DNA of 64,000 bases, from assembly GCA_903893315.1 (NCBI GenBank), contig CAITLU010000024.1, forward strand, positions 5,119 through 69,118, in the 5' to 3' direction. Shown here piece by piece: positions 39,929-49,261 of this stretch (the stretch's first letter is position 1; each line of letters begins with the position of its first letter). The DNA is from an uncultured bacterium. Its GTDB lineage: Bacteria > Desulfobacterota > Binatia > UBA1149 > CAITLU01. The position numbers were made by a program, and so were the translations under genes. A model generated the notes under the pieces. That model worked only from the letters and a program-made list of their open reading frames with translations, was not told the origin of the DNA and searched no databases.

Positions 39929-41200
39929 GTGTTCCCGGTCTTACTGAAATTCGGCCCCTTTACCGTCTACAGCTTCGGCGTGTTGATGGCGCTCGGGTTC
40001 TACTTCGGATCGTTGGTTTCGGTGAAGGAGTTCGAACGCCGCGGCGGGGATGGCGAAACACTCTGGAACCTTCTGGTATGGGTGTTTCTCGGCGGCCTCG
40101 TCAGTTCGCGGGTGCTGTCGATCTTCAACAACCCTTCGGCGTTTTTCGAGAGCCCGCTGTCGGAGATCTTCGCGGGCGCGGGTTTCGTCTGGTACGGCGG
40201 GTTTCTCGGCGGCGCGGCGACGGCGTGGCTGCTCGGCCGTCGAAAGAACCTCGCCTTCTTGACCCTGGCCGACTGCTGCGCGCTGGGGCTGGCCCTCGGT
40301 CAGGCTTTCGGGCGTGTGGGCTGTCACGTCGCGGGCGACGGGGACTGGGGCAAGGTCACCGATCTGCCTTGGGGCGTCGCCTATACGCATGCCATCGTCG
40401 GCTGGTCCTACCCTGATGGAGTCCTCGTGCATCCGACTCCACTGTACGAGGTGGCCGCTTACCTGGCGCTGTTCGCGTTCCTGTGGCGCTACCGTCATCG
40501 CAACCCGCCGACCGGGTCGATGTTCGCGGTCTATCTGATCGGCAACGGCTTCGCGCGTTTCTGGGTAGAGTTCCTTCGCATCGAGCCGGTGCTGGCTCTG
40601 GGGTTGACGCAGGCCCAGTGGATCGGCATGGCGTTGACCGCGGCGGGTGCCATATGGCTGCTGCGTCGCGGTCCGGCCGTCAACGCGAGAGCGACGGCCG
40701 TGGGATTGGCCGCCCTGCTCCTGGTGGTTCCGCTTGGCGGCTGCGACAGCAAGGTCGGTGTCTCCGAGGGAGACCTGGCCCCCGATTTCATCCTGCAGAG
40801 TGCCGACGGACAGACGCGCAAACTTTCCAACTATCGCGGGCACGTCGTGCTGGTGAATCTGTGGGCGACCTGGTGTCCGCCCTGCATGGAAGAGATGCCG
40901 GTGCTCAACCAACTGGCCGAGCGGTATCGCGACAAGGGCTTGGTGGTGCTCGGTCTTGCCGGGGATGACGACCCTCAGCGGGTCCGCGACTTTGTCGCCA
41001 AGTCACCGCTCAAATTCGAAGTTCTGCTCGACTCGGACGGTGCGATCGGAACTCAGTATGGTATAACCGGCTACCCGGAGACCTTTTTCATAGATAGAGA
41101 AGGCCGGGTTCGCGACAAGATCATCGGAGCCATTCCCGGCCGGGCCGGCGGTGTGTCTCCCCAGTTCGCGCAGCGGCTGGAAAGTCTGTTGGGTGGTTAG
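39929..41200 (+). CDS. lgt: Prolipoprotein diacylglyceryl transferase fused to a TlpA/ResA thioredoxin
   Basis: Lgt part: 'YSFG', 'WYGGFLG', 'QAFGRVGC', 'HPTPLYE', 'RFWVEFLR'. Then lipobox LGGC, 'APDF', 'VNLWATWCPPCMEEMP', 'YPETFFIDREG'. One continuous frame. Confidence 0.9.
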   Translation: MFPVLLKFGPFTVYSFGVLMALGFYFGSLVSVKEFERRGGDGETLWNLLVWVFLGGLVSSRVLSIFNNPSAFFESPLSEIFAGAGFVWYGGFLGGAATAWLLGRRKNLAFLTLADCCALGLALGQAFGRVGCHVAGDGDWGKVTDLPWGVAYTHAIVGWSYPDGVLVHPTPLYEVAAYLALFAFLWRYRHRNPPTGSMFAVYLIGNGFARFWVEFLRIEPVLALGLTQAQWIGMALTAAGAIWLLRRGPAVNARATAVGLAALLLVVPLGGCDSKVGVSEGDLAPDFILQSADGQTRKLSNYRGHVVLVNLWATWCPPCMEEMPVLNQLAERYRDKGLVVLGLAGDDDPQRVRDFVAKSPLKFEVLLDSDGAIGTQYGITGYPETFFIDREGRVRDKIIGAIPGRAGGVSPQFAQRLESLLGG

Positions 41201-41281
41201 GCAGTGGCCGGCGTCGCCGGGGTTGGAAGGACGCGGGTCGATGGGTTGTGGTGGAGGAGTAGCGGTGCTGCTGAAGCTGGG

Positions 41282-41962
41282 ATGATCCGAGTTCACGGTG
41301 TCAGTAAATCTTACGGAGGGACGCGTCAGGCCCTTCGTGGTGCCAGTCTGCAAGTACGCGAGGGCGAGTTTGCCGCGCTGACCGGCCCGAGCGGGTCCGG
41401 CAAGACGACGCTGTTTCGTCTGTTGATCGGCGAGCTGCGGGCCGAAGGCGGCAGCGTCGTGGTGAACGGCCGCAACCTCTCGCGTCTGGACGCCTCCGGT
41501 ATCGCTGAGTTGCGTCGTGAACTGGGGCTGGTCTTTGAAGAACCGCATTTGATCGAACGGCTGACGGTCGAAGGCAACGTGGCCCTGGCGGCCCAGGTTG
41601 CGGGCCGCTCGTGCCGTGAGGCGCGCCGGTTGGCCGAAGAAGCTCTCGAGAGAGTGGGGCTCGACGATGCGGCCGGTTGTTTCCCGAGCGCGCTGTGCGC
41701 CGGCGAGCGCCAACGCGTCAGTATCGCGCGGGCCCTGGTAAATCGGCCCGCGCTGATTCTTGCCGACGAGCCCACGCTCGGCCTCGACCCCGACCAGGGT
41801 CTTTACGTGTTGAAGATTCTCACGCAGGCTTGTCGCGATGGCGCCACGGTTTTGATGGCGACTCACGACATGGAAGCCCTTTCCGTGCTGAGGGGGCGAG
41901 TCCTGGTGATGGCACGCGGCCGCTTCGTGGAAGACTGCGAAGGCGACAGCGCCTACAACTGA
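41282..41962 (+). CDS. ftsE: Cell division ATP-binding protein FtsE (divergent signature)
   Basis: GPSGSGKT, 'LILADEPT', 'ATHD'; directly upstream of ftsX and envC. Confidence 0.85.
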   Translation: MIRVHGVSKSYGGTRQALRGASLQVREGEFAALTGPSGSGKTTLFRLLIGELRAEGGSVVVNGRNLSRLDASGIAELRRELGLVFEEPHLIERLTVEGNVALAAQVAGRSCREARRLAEEALERVGLDDAAGCFPSALCAGERQRVSIARALVNRPALILADEPTLGLDPDQGLYVLKILTQACRDGATVLMATHDMEALSVLRGRVLVMARGRFVEDCEGDSAYN

Positions 41963-41981
41963 CGACGAGGACGCCGGACCC

Positions 41982-42863
41982 TTGGAGTATTATTTCCGTC
42001 GCGCGCTCGACAGCATCAAGGCCTCACCGGCAGCCTCGGGTGTGGCAGTGGCGAGCATTGCCGCGAGCGTGTTGTTCGCGGGCGCGGTGTTGCTGGTCAG
42101 TTCGAACGCCTACCGCATGGTGGCCCGCTGGGCGGCGGCCGGTGTCGACGTCTCGATCTTCTTCGCCGGCGACGCCCGCGAAGCCGACATCGTCGTCGTC
42201 AAGGCCCGCGTCGCGGCCGACTCTGACGTCATAGACTCACGCTTCGTCAGTTCCGAGGATGCCTGGCAGTTTCTCGCCGACACGCTCGACCGGTCGGCCG
42301 AGTTGCTGGCTGGAATGGACCCTTCGGTGTTGCCTGCTTCCGTGGAAGTGAAACTGGAACGCTCGCTCGGCGATGGTGAGATCCAGGCGCGATTGGCCGA
42401 GTGGCGCGCGCTGCCCGGCGTTTCCGACGTACAGTCGAGTCGCAGCCTGGGGAGCGCCGGGAACGGGGCCTTGGACGTCGTACGCTGGGTGGCCTGGGCG
42501 CTAGGCGCCCTTACACTGGTCGCTTCGGTGATAATCGTGGCGAGCACGTTCCAGCTGGCCGCTTACACGCGTCGCGAAGAGATGAACCTGCTGCGCCTGG
42601 TCGGCGCGGTGGGCCCCGTTTACTGGGGGCCGATCGTGCTCGCGGGGTTCCTCGAAGGAATCGCGGCGTCGGCGATCGCGCTGGCCCTTCTTTTCCTGGT
42701 CTTTGCCGGGGTGGCAATCCCGATCAGCAGTGAGCTTCCGGTGGTTTCTGCTGCGCTGGCCTTTCTCGGAGCGCGGCAATGTCTGACTCTGGCGCTGTGG
42801 GGCGCCGCTCTCGGCGGCGCCGGCAGCGCGCTCGGAATGTGGAGGATATCGCGGTGGCGATGA
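41982..42863 (+). CDS. ftsX: Cell division permease FtsX
   Basis: 1+3 TM layout, 'LPASVEV', 'RREEMNLLRLVGA'; TTG start; synteny. Confidence 0.85.
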   Translation: MEYYFRRALDSIKASPAASGVAVASIAASVLFAGAVLLVSSNAYRMVARWAAAGVDVSIFFAGDAREADIVVVKARVAADSDVIDSRFVSSEDAWQFLADTLDRSAELLAGMDPSVLPASVEVKLERSLGDGEIQARLAEWRALPGVSDVQSSRSLGSAGNGALDVVRWVAWALGALTLVASVIIVASTFQLAAYTRREEMNLLRLVGAVGPVYWGPIVLAGFLEGIAASAIALALLFLVFAGVAIPISSELPVVSAALAFLGARQCLTLALWGAALGGAGSALGMWRISRWR

Positions 42864-44590
42864 CGCTTCGGCGTCCCACCATCGCTGCGGCGCCGGCCGC
42901 GTCCCAAGCTCTGCGGCTCGCTGTCCGCGGCCTGCTCTCCATTCCCGCAAACTCGTTCACCGCTGTGGGTCGCTGCGCGTTTGGTGTGTGGCTTTGCCTC
43001 TTCGCTTGCGTTGGTCTCGGCGGTGCCGGTCGCGCGCGAGCCGAGGACCCGGCGCAGCGTGCTGCGCAGATCCGCGACGAAATTCTCGCCAAGCGCCGTT
43101 CGCAGAGCGAGCGCGGAGGCCGTCAGCAGGCGCTCGAACGTGAAATGGATCAGGCGCGTGCGCGCGCCGATCGGATCCGTGCCGATCTCGATGCGGCTGC
43201 CGAGCGGATTGCTCGTGTCGACGCTCAGCATGCCCGCATCGTCGCCAAGCTGGCCGATCTCGATGCGGCCACGCAGCGCCAACGCAGCATCCAGCGCACC
43301 CGGCTGGCGGCGATGTATCGCGCCGCGGATCTCGGCGCGGGTGCGGCTGGGTGGCAGTCCGGCTTCAGCGCCGAGAGCATTCGTCTGGCCCGATATCTGG
43401 TCGCCGCCGCATCACGAGGCGGCAGCGAGACGGCAACGCTCGAGGTGCAAAGGGGCAGTAACCTGGCGGCGCTCAACCAGTCCGGTGTCGACAGACAACG
43501 CGTCCTCGACGAGCAGCGCCGTCTCCAGGACTCGCGCGTGATCGCCGAGAGTGATCTGGCCCGCGCGCAGTCCAGACGCGAGCCGGCCGACTCATCGGCG
43601 GGTTTCGGGTCCGCTGAGGCGACGGCGGGGCTGGCGGCCGTTGCCGCGGAACTGGAGAGGAAAAGCGCCGACGGGGCTCGCCAGGGTCGGGCGCAGGTTT
43701 CGCCGGGTCTGCAGCAGGACTCCGCGCCGGGCGTCTCCACCGAAACCAAGGCGCTGGCGGACAGGAAGGCCCAGGCCACCGATACCCAGGCTTTGCTGGC
43801 CGAGGCCAGGATGCGCGCCGCCGCGGCGCAGGCGCGAGATCAAGCCGGCTCGGCGCGCAAGGCCGGTGCTGACACCGTGCGCGCGCAGCCGCAGGGTTCG
43901 ACGTTTGATTGGTCTGAGCAGGCGGCGGGAGCGTCGCGCGGCGAGTCTGCAGGCAGCCTCGCCATGGCCGGGCGGGGAGGTGCTCCTGGCGCCGGCGACC
44001 TCAACGGCGGGCCGGGTCGGGCGAGTTCCATTGCGCCCGGCGAAGGGGCCAGCGCTCGGCAAAGCGGCGCGGCAGCGCCGGCGGATGCCGCACAGGCACC
44101 GGCAACTGCGCCGGCGGCTGAAGCGAGTGGAGCGGGCGCGCAGGGCGGAGTGCTATCGCATCAGTTCGGCAGCGACAGCGAGGAGGCCAAGCGCTTCGCT
44201 TCGAGCAAGGGTTCGCTGGTGCCGCCGCTGGCGGGTCGGGTGGTGGCGAAGTTCGGACAGCGCAACGGCGGCTCTACTTATCGAGGGGTGGTCGTGCGCG
44301 GTGACCGTGGATCTTCGGTCAGGTCGGTGGCCGGCGGGACAGTACTCTTTGCGGGGTCGCTGCCGAATCTGGGCAGCACGTTGATCGTCAGCCACGGTGG
44401 CCGCTATCACGCCGTCTATGCCCGCCTCGGTTCTTTGCGATTCAAAGTCGGCGATCACGTCAACGCCGGTGACGTCGTCGGCACGCTGCCGGCCGATGAC
44501 GGCGACCTTCATTTCGAGATGCGACTGGACGGTCACGCCATCGATCCGTTGCCGTGGCTCAAGGGCAGCGGTCGGGATCTGTCGCGTTAG
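42860..44590 (+). CDS. envC: EnvC-like murein hydrolase activator (coiled coil plus degenerate M23)
   Basis: Signal/TM segment, coiled coil, Ala/Gly linker, C-terminal LytM 'YRGVVV...SHGGRYHAVYARL...LHFEMR...IDPLPWL'; ATGA overlap with ftsX. Confidence 0.85.
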   Translation: MTLRRPTIAAAPAASQALRLAVRGLLSIPANSFTAVGRCAFGVWLCLFACVGLGGAGRARAEDPAQRAAQIRDEILAKRRSQSERGGRQQALEREMDQARARADRIRADLDAAAERIARVDAQHARIVAKLADLDAATQRQRSIQRTRLAAMYRAADLGAGAAGWQSGFSAESIRLARYLVAAASRGGSETATLEVQRGSNLAALNQSGVDRQRVLDEQRRLQDSRVIAESDLARAQSRREPADSSAGFGSAEATAGLAAVAAELERKSADGARQGRAQVSPGLQQDSAPGVSTETKALADRKAQATDTQALLAEARMRAAAAQARDQAGSARKAGADTVRAQPQGSTFDWSEQAAGASRGESAGSLAMAGRGGAPGAGDLNGGPGRASSIAPGEGASARQSGAAAPADAAQAPATAPAAEASGAGAQGGVLSHQFGSDSEEAKRFASSKGSLVPPLAGRVVAKFGQRNGGSTYRGVVVRGDRGSSVRSVAGGTVLFAGSLPNLGSTLIVSHGGRYHAVYARLGSLRFKVGDHVNAGDVVGTLPADDGDLHFEMRLDGHAIDPLPWLKGSGRDLSR

Positions 44591-44638
44591 CCTCACGGCT
44601 TAGTGGTGTTCCGTGCACCGCCGCGGCTGATCGCTTTG

Positions 44639-44672
44639 TTGCCGGCTCCAAGCCCTTTGCTATACTCCGCCG
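44639..44672 (+). promoter_or_regulatory. Sigma70-type promoter, probably leaderless ctpA mRNA
   Basis: TTGCCG-N16-(TGc)TATACT, 6 nt before the GTG start; no SD sequence. Confidence 0.55.
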
Positions 44673-46019
44673 GTGTTTGTCCGAAAAAGGTCCCGTAAAC
44701 TTCTTCTCACCTTCTCCTTAGCCGCCGCAGCCGGTGGGTTCCTGTATCTGACCGGGCAGCGAGCCGCCTCCGCAGCCAAGGGCACCTACGAGAGCCTCGA
44801 GACCTTCGCCAGCATCATGGCGATCGTCCAGAAGAGCTACGTCGATGAGGTTCCGAGTGAGGACCTGATCCAGGGCGCCATCAAGGGCATGGTCGGGTCG
44901 CTGGATCCGCACAGTTCCTATCTCACGCCCGACGGTTACAAGGAGTTGCAGATCGAAACCACCGGCGAGTTCGGTGGACTCGGCATCGAACTCACCGTTC
45001 GTGACAACCTCCTGACGATCGTCACGCCGATCGACGGAACGCCGGCCTTTCGCGGCGGCGTCAAGCCCGGCGACCAGATCATCAAGATCGATGACGATCT
45101 GACGATGGACATGGGACTTCAGGAAGCCGTCGACAAGATGCGCGGCAAGCCCGGCAGCCGGGTGAGGTTGTCGTTGCGTCGTGAAGGCGTGCAGGGTCTG
45201 GTCGACATCAACCTGACACGTGAGGTGATTCACGTGAAGAGCGTCCGCGGCGGCCGTCTGGTCGACGGCCGCTTCGCGTACGTCCGGCTCACCAGTTTTC
45301 AGGAAGCTTCGGCCGATGAGTTGGTCCAGGCTCTGGACAAACTCGACAAGGAGAAGCACGGCGGCGTCGACGGCATCGTGCTCGATCTGCGTTTCAATCC
45401 CGGCGGTCTGCTCACGCAGGCGGTGGCGATCTCCGATCTGTTCCTCGATGCAGGCCTGATCGTTCGCACTGACGGACGCATCGAATCTCAGGTGCACAAG
45501 TTCTTCGCCCAGGCCGAAGGTACCCGGCGCATGGTTCCGATGGTGGTGATCGTCAACGAAGGTTCGGCCAGCGCTTCTGAAATCGTAGCCGGGGCTCTTC
45601 AGGATCAGCATCGCGCGATCGTCGTCGGTACCCGCAGCTTCGGTAAGGGATCGGTGCAGACCATCCTGCCGCTGCCCGACGATTCGGCTTTGCGTCTGAC
45701 TACGGCGCGCTATTACACGCCTTCGGGGCGATCGATCCAGAGCACTCCGATCCAGCCTGATGTCGTCGTGGAAATGCCCAAGCTCGACGCCAAGCAGACG
45801 GCGGACGCGATCGCCGCAGCCGAAAAGCGTTCGCCCCACGAGGATTATTTCGATCTTGCCCGCGACCCCCAGCTCGCCAGGTCTTTCGAACTGCTGCGTT
45901 CCTGGGATGGCGACATCCAAAGGATTGGCGGCGTTGCCGGCTTCCATCTGGAACGATTGGCGAAGGCTGAACCTGTCAAGGCTGAACCTGCCAGGGGAGC
46001 GGCCAAGTCCAAGAAGTAG
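44673..46019 (+). CDS. ctpA: Carboxyl-terminal processing protease (S41A)
   Basis: 'LDPHSSYL', PDZ 'FGGLGIE', 'DLRFNPGGLL', 'SASASEIVAGALQD', 'FGKGSVQ', 'TTARYYTPSG'. Confidence 0.95.
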   Translation: MFVRKRSRKLLLTFSLAAAAGGFLYLTGQRAASAAKGTYESLETFASIMAIVQKSYVDEVPSEDLIQGAIKGMVGSLDPHSSYLTPDGYKELQIETTGEFGGLGIELTVRDNLLTIVTPIDGTPAFRGGVKPGDQIIKIDDDLTMDMGLQEAVDKMRGKPGSRVRLSLRREGVQGLVDINLTREVIHVKSVRGGRLVDGRFAYVRLTSFQEASADELVQALDKLDKEKHGGVDGIVLDLRFNPGGLLTQAVAISDLFLDAGLIVRTDGRIESQVHKFFAQAEGTRRMVPMVVIVNEGSASASEIVAGALQDQHRAIVVGTRSFGKGSVQTILPLPDDSALRLTTARYYTPSGRSIQSTPIQPDVVVEMPKLDAKQTADAIAAAEKRSPHEDYFDLARDPQLARSFELLRSWDGDIQRIGGVAGFHLERLAKAEPVKAEPARGAAKSKK

Positions 46020-46027
46020 ACCTCACT

Positions 46028-47440
46028 TTGTCACTTCCTTTGCTCGAAACGGAGGAAGAAGCGCCGCTTACGGTTTCCGAGCTGGTCGGGCTCGTCGGCG
46101 GCACCTTGGAGCGCGAGTTCTCGCATCTGCTGGTGCTCGGCGAGCTTACCAGCATGAGCCGCGCCGGCAGCGGGCACTGCTACTTCACGCTGTCCGACGG
46201 ACACTCCTCGGTTGACGCGGTGTTGTGGCGTGCCGATGCGCTGCGTCTGGCGTTCCGTCCGGAGATCGGCGACGAAGTGGTGTGCCGCGGCCGCATGAGC
46301 GTCTTCGCGCGTCAGGGCCGCATGCAGTTTTACGTGTCGGCGATGAAGCCGGTGGGGGCTGGCGCCGCGCAGCGGGCGCTGGTCGAACTTCGCCGGCGCC
46401 TGGCGGCCGAAGGACTTTTCGCGGCTGAGCGCAAGCGGCCGTTGCCTTATCTCCCGCGCACCATCGGTGTGGTGACTTCGCGACGTGGCGCCGCTCTCCA
46501 CGACATCGTGATCACGTTGCGGCGCCGCTTTGCGGGCGTACACGTGGTGCTCGCGTCGGCGGTCGTGCAGGGCGCGGAGGCGCCGCGCCAGATCGTGCGC
46601 GCGCTCGAGATGCTGACCGAATACGGCGCCTGCGACGTGGTGATAGTCGGCCGCGGCGGCGGCGCCAGTGAAGACCTCGCGGCTTTCAACGACGAAAAAG
46701 TAGTGCGCGCGGTAGCCGGTTTCCCAGTGCCGATAGTTTCGGCGGTCGGACACGAGGTGGACGTTTCGCTCTGCGATCTGGTTGCCGACCATCGCGCCGC
46801 CACGCCGACCGCGGCCGCCGAAGCCGTGGTGCCGGTGCGCGGAGAACTGCTCGTCGAACTGGCGACGGCATCCCACCGGCTGCACGCGTCGGCGCGGCGT
46901 CTGGTGGTTTCGCTTCGCGATCACGTCGATGCAGTGGGCGGCAGACTGCGCGATCCGGCCACTGCTCTGGCTCAGTCACGCCAAGCCATCGATCGCATCG
47001 AAATGGGCCTGGAACGGGCTCTGCGAAGGCGTCTGCACGAAGCTGCGCGGGATCTGGACGGCGTCACACGCGCATTTCTCGAGGCCGGGCGCACTCGCAG
47101 TGCCGCCGCTCGGGCGCGCACCCAGGCCGCGGCTACGACGCTCGATCGTGCAATGCGTGCGCGTCTTGCCGGGCGCGCCGGACGTCTTGTCGCTCTCGCT
47201 TCCAAGCTCGACGCACTGAGCCCGCTTGCGGTGCTCGGTCGAGGCTATAGCCTCGCCGAACGTGCCGACGGAACATTGGTCCGGTCGGCGGCGGAGTTGC
47301 AGATAGGGGAGACACTGTCACTGCGTTTCCACGCAGGACGCGCGCAGGCGCAGGTGATGTGGCGGTCGCCGGTCGAGGTCGTCCCCGAGCAAGGCACTCC
47401 AGGTTCGCAAGAAGCCGAGGACACGGGCGAGGAACGCTGA
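46028..47440 (+). CDS. xseA: Exodeoxyribonuclease VII large subunit
   Basis: 'SGHCYFTL', 'GRGGGASEDL', 'SAVGHEVD', 'ATPTAAAE', 'LSPLAVLGRGY'. Confidence 0.96.
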   Translation: MSLPLLETEEEAPLTVSELVGLVGGTLEREFSHLLVLGELTSMSRAGSGHCYFTLSDGHSSVDAVLWRADALRLAFRPEIGDEVVCRGRMSVFARQGRMQFYVSAMKPVGAGAAQRALVELRRRLAAEGLFAAERKRPLPYLPRTIGVVTSRRGAALHDIVITLRRRFAGVHVVLASAVVQGAEAPRQIVRALEMLTEYGACDVVIVGRGGGASEDLAAFNDEKVVRAVAGFPVPIVSAVGHEVDVSLCDLVADHRAATPTAAAEAVVPVRGELLVELATASHRLHASARRLVVSLRDHVDAVGGRLRDPATALAQSRQAIDRIEMGLERALRRRLHEAARDLDGVTRAFLEAGRTRSAAARARTQAAATTLDRAMRARLAGRAGRLVALASKLDALSPLAVLGRGYSLAERADGTLVRSAAELQIGETLSLRFHAGRAQAQVMWRSPVEVVPEQGTPGSQEAEDTGEER

Positions 47441-48372
47441 TGCGACCGAGAAATACACTGGCGGTGCTGCTGATCGCAGCGGCTATGGGTTTGGCGGCGG
47501 GCGCCGGCACCGCAGCCGCCGAACCGGCCTATCTGCCTTACTACGCCGTGATGGATCCGCCCATCGTTTATCCCGGCGCGGTGGTTCGGTTCCAGATCCG
47601 TCCTGCGGCCGATGCCGACACCGGTACCGTGCTGGTGGCCGGCCGGCGCTTCCAGGGCGAGATCAAGGAAGGCATCTTCAGTGCCTACTTCGCCGTCGAT
47701 GTAGACACGTTGCCGGGGCCTTACACGCTCAGTTACGACGTTGGTTCGCGCCGCGGCACCCGCACCGTGACAGTCCGCGCGCGGCGCTTCGATGAAGAAG
47801 GGCGAGTGGCGGTACCGATCTCGCGCGACGACCAGGCTGTCGAAGATCTGACCAGGGGCAATCCCCGGCTGGTCTCATTGTGGAACCGTGTCACGCTCGA
47901 GCGTTACTGGAGCGACTCGTTCCTGACGCCGGTGCCGGGTGTGGTCGGTGCACCGTTCGGTATGAGAAAGACGGTCGATTCGTCGGCGGCGATGCCGCTT
48001 ACCAGCGTCGGTCTGGTTTCGACGTCGGCCGCGTCGGTGGTCGCCGCCAATGCCGGTACCGTCGCGTTGGTGGCCGACGTTCCGGGAGGAAAGTTCCTCG
48101 TCATTGATCACGGCCTCGGCGTTTACACCTACTATGCCGGGCTTGCCAAGGTTGTGGTGGGAGAAGGCAAGTCGGTCGCGCGCGGAGCGGAGATCGGCAA
48201 ACTTCCCGGCGGTTCGCGGCCGGTTCTGCACTTCGGTGCGCGTCTGGGCGGCGCCGATGTCGATCCGATCACACTGCCCGGGATTCAATTGCACGTTCCC
48301 GATCTGTTGCCGGAGGCGGCGCATCGTGCGCCGAGCGAAGAACGCTACCGCGCACATGACTACGACTACTGA
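47440..48372 (+). CDS. M23/LytM family protein, probably non-catalytic
   Basis: Signal peptide; 'IDHGLGVYTYYAGL', 'LHFGARL', 'VDPI'. The HxxxD zinc motif is absent. Confidence 0.8.
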   Translation: MRPRNTLAVLLIAAAMGLAAGAGTAAAEPAYLPYYAVMDPPIVYPGAVVRFQIRPAADADTGTVLVAGRRFQGEIKEGIFSAYFAVDVDTLPGPYTLSYDVGSRRGTRTVTVRARRFDEEGRVAVPISRDDQAVEDLTRGNPRLVSLWNRVTLERYWSDSFLTPVPGVVGAPFGMRKTVDSSAAMPLTSVGLVSTSAASVVAANAGTVALVADVPGGKFLVIDHGLGVYTYYAGLAKVVVGEGKSVARGAEIGKLPGGSRPVLHFGARLGGADVDPITLPGIQLHVPDLLPEAAHRAPSEERYRAHDYDY

Positions 48373-48958
48373 TCCGCCGCCGGCCGGTGCGCGGATCGAC
48401 GCGTTGCTGCTTGCCGGCGGGCGGTCGCGCCGCTTCGGTCGCGACAAACGTCACGCACTGCTCGGAGGCCGCACGCTGGCCGACATCGCGATGTGCAAGC
48501 TGCGCGCGGTGGTGGATGGAGACCTGTGGGTAGCCGGCGCCGGCACCTTCAACGTCGCAGGCCGTGCTTTCCTGGTCGATGATCTCGTGCACGGCCGCGG
48601 TCCCATGTCCGGAATCGCCGGGGGATTGCTGCGCGTGCGCTTCGGTGTGCTGGTGCTGCCTTGCGACGTTCCGCTCGTCACCGCCGATACGCTGTCGGCT
48701 CTGGTTCGGATGGCTCGCCGCAGCGGTCAGGTGGTCGCGCTGCGCAGCGGGCGAGGGTGGGAGCCGCTGGTCGGCTTTTACCCGCGCGCGGCTTTGCCGC
48801 AGCTTGCCGCCGCGTTAAGGGATGGGCAGCGCGCTCCGCACCGGCTGCTCGACCGACTCGGTGCGCTCGCGCTACCGGTGGGACGCGCGAGAGAGACCTG
48901 GAACGTCAATCGTATCGAAGATTTGAAGGCGGCTGCCGAGGTCGCGGGCCGCGCCTGA
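48356..48958 (+). CDS. mobA: Molybdenum cofactor guanylyltransferase
   Basis: 'LAGGRSRRFGRDK', 'GPMSGI', 'PCDVP', 'EPLVGFY', 'NVNRIED'. Confidence 0.88.
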   Translation: MTTTTDPPPAGARIDALLLAGGRSRRFGRDKRHALLGGRTLADIAMCKLRAVVDGDLWVAGAGTFNVAGRAFLVDDLVHGRGPMSGIAGGLLRVRFGVLVLPCDVPLVTADTLSALVRMARRSGQVVALRSGRGWEPLVGFYPRAALPQLAAALRDGQRAPHRLLDRLGALALPVGRARETWNVNRIEDLKAAAEVAGRA

Positions 48959-48982
48959 ACGCCGCCGGGAGCAGACGACACG

Positions 48983-49261
48983 ATGAGCGCACAGAAGATC
49001 AGGAAGAACGCCGAGCCGAAGTTTGAAGAGGCGATGGCTGAACTCGAAGAAGTGGTGCGCAGAGTCGAGACCGGAGACACTCCTCTGGAAGAATCGCTGC
49101 AAGCTTTCGAACGCGGCGTCGCGCTGGTTCGCAGGCTCCATGCGCGTCTGGACGCCGTGCAGTCGCGTATCGAAGAACTTTCGCGCGGTCCCGAAGGTGC
49201 GCTTGGGACGGTCGCCCTGGCCGGATTCTCGGACGACGAAGGAGAGGACGACGAGCCGTGA
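48983..49261 (+). CDS. xseB: Exodeoxyribonuclease VII small subunit
   Basis: 'FEEAMAELEEVVRRVETGDTPLEESLQAFERG'. Confidence 0.95.
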   Translation: MSAQKIRKNAEPKFEEAMAELEEVVRRVETGDTPLEESLQAFERGVALVRRLHARLDAVQSRIEELSRGPEGALGTVALAGFSDDEGEDDEP

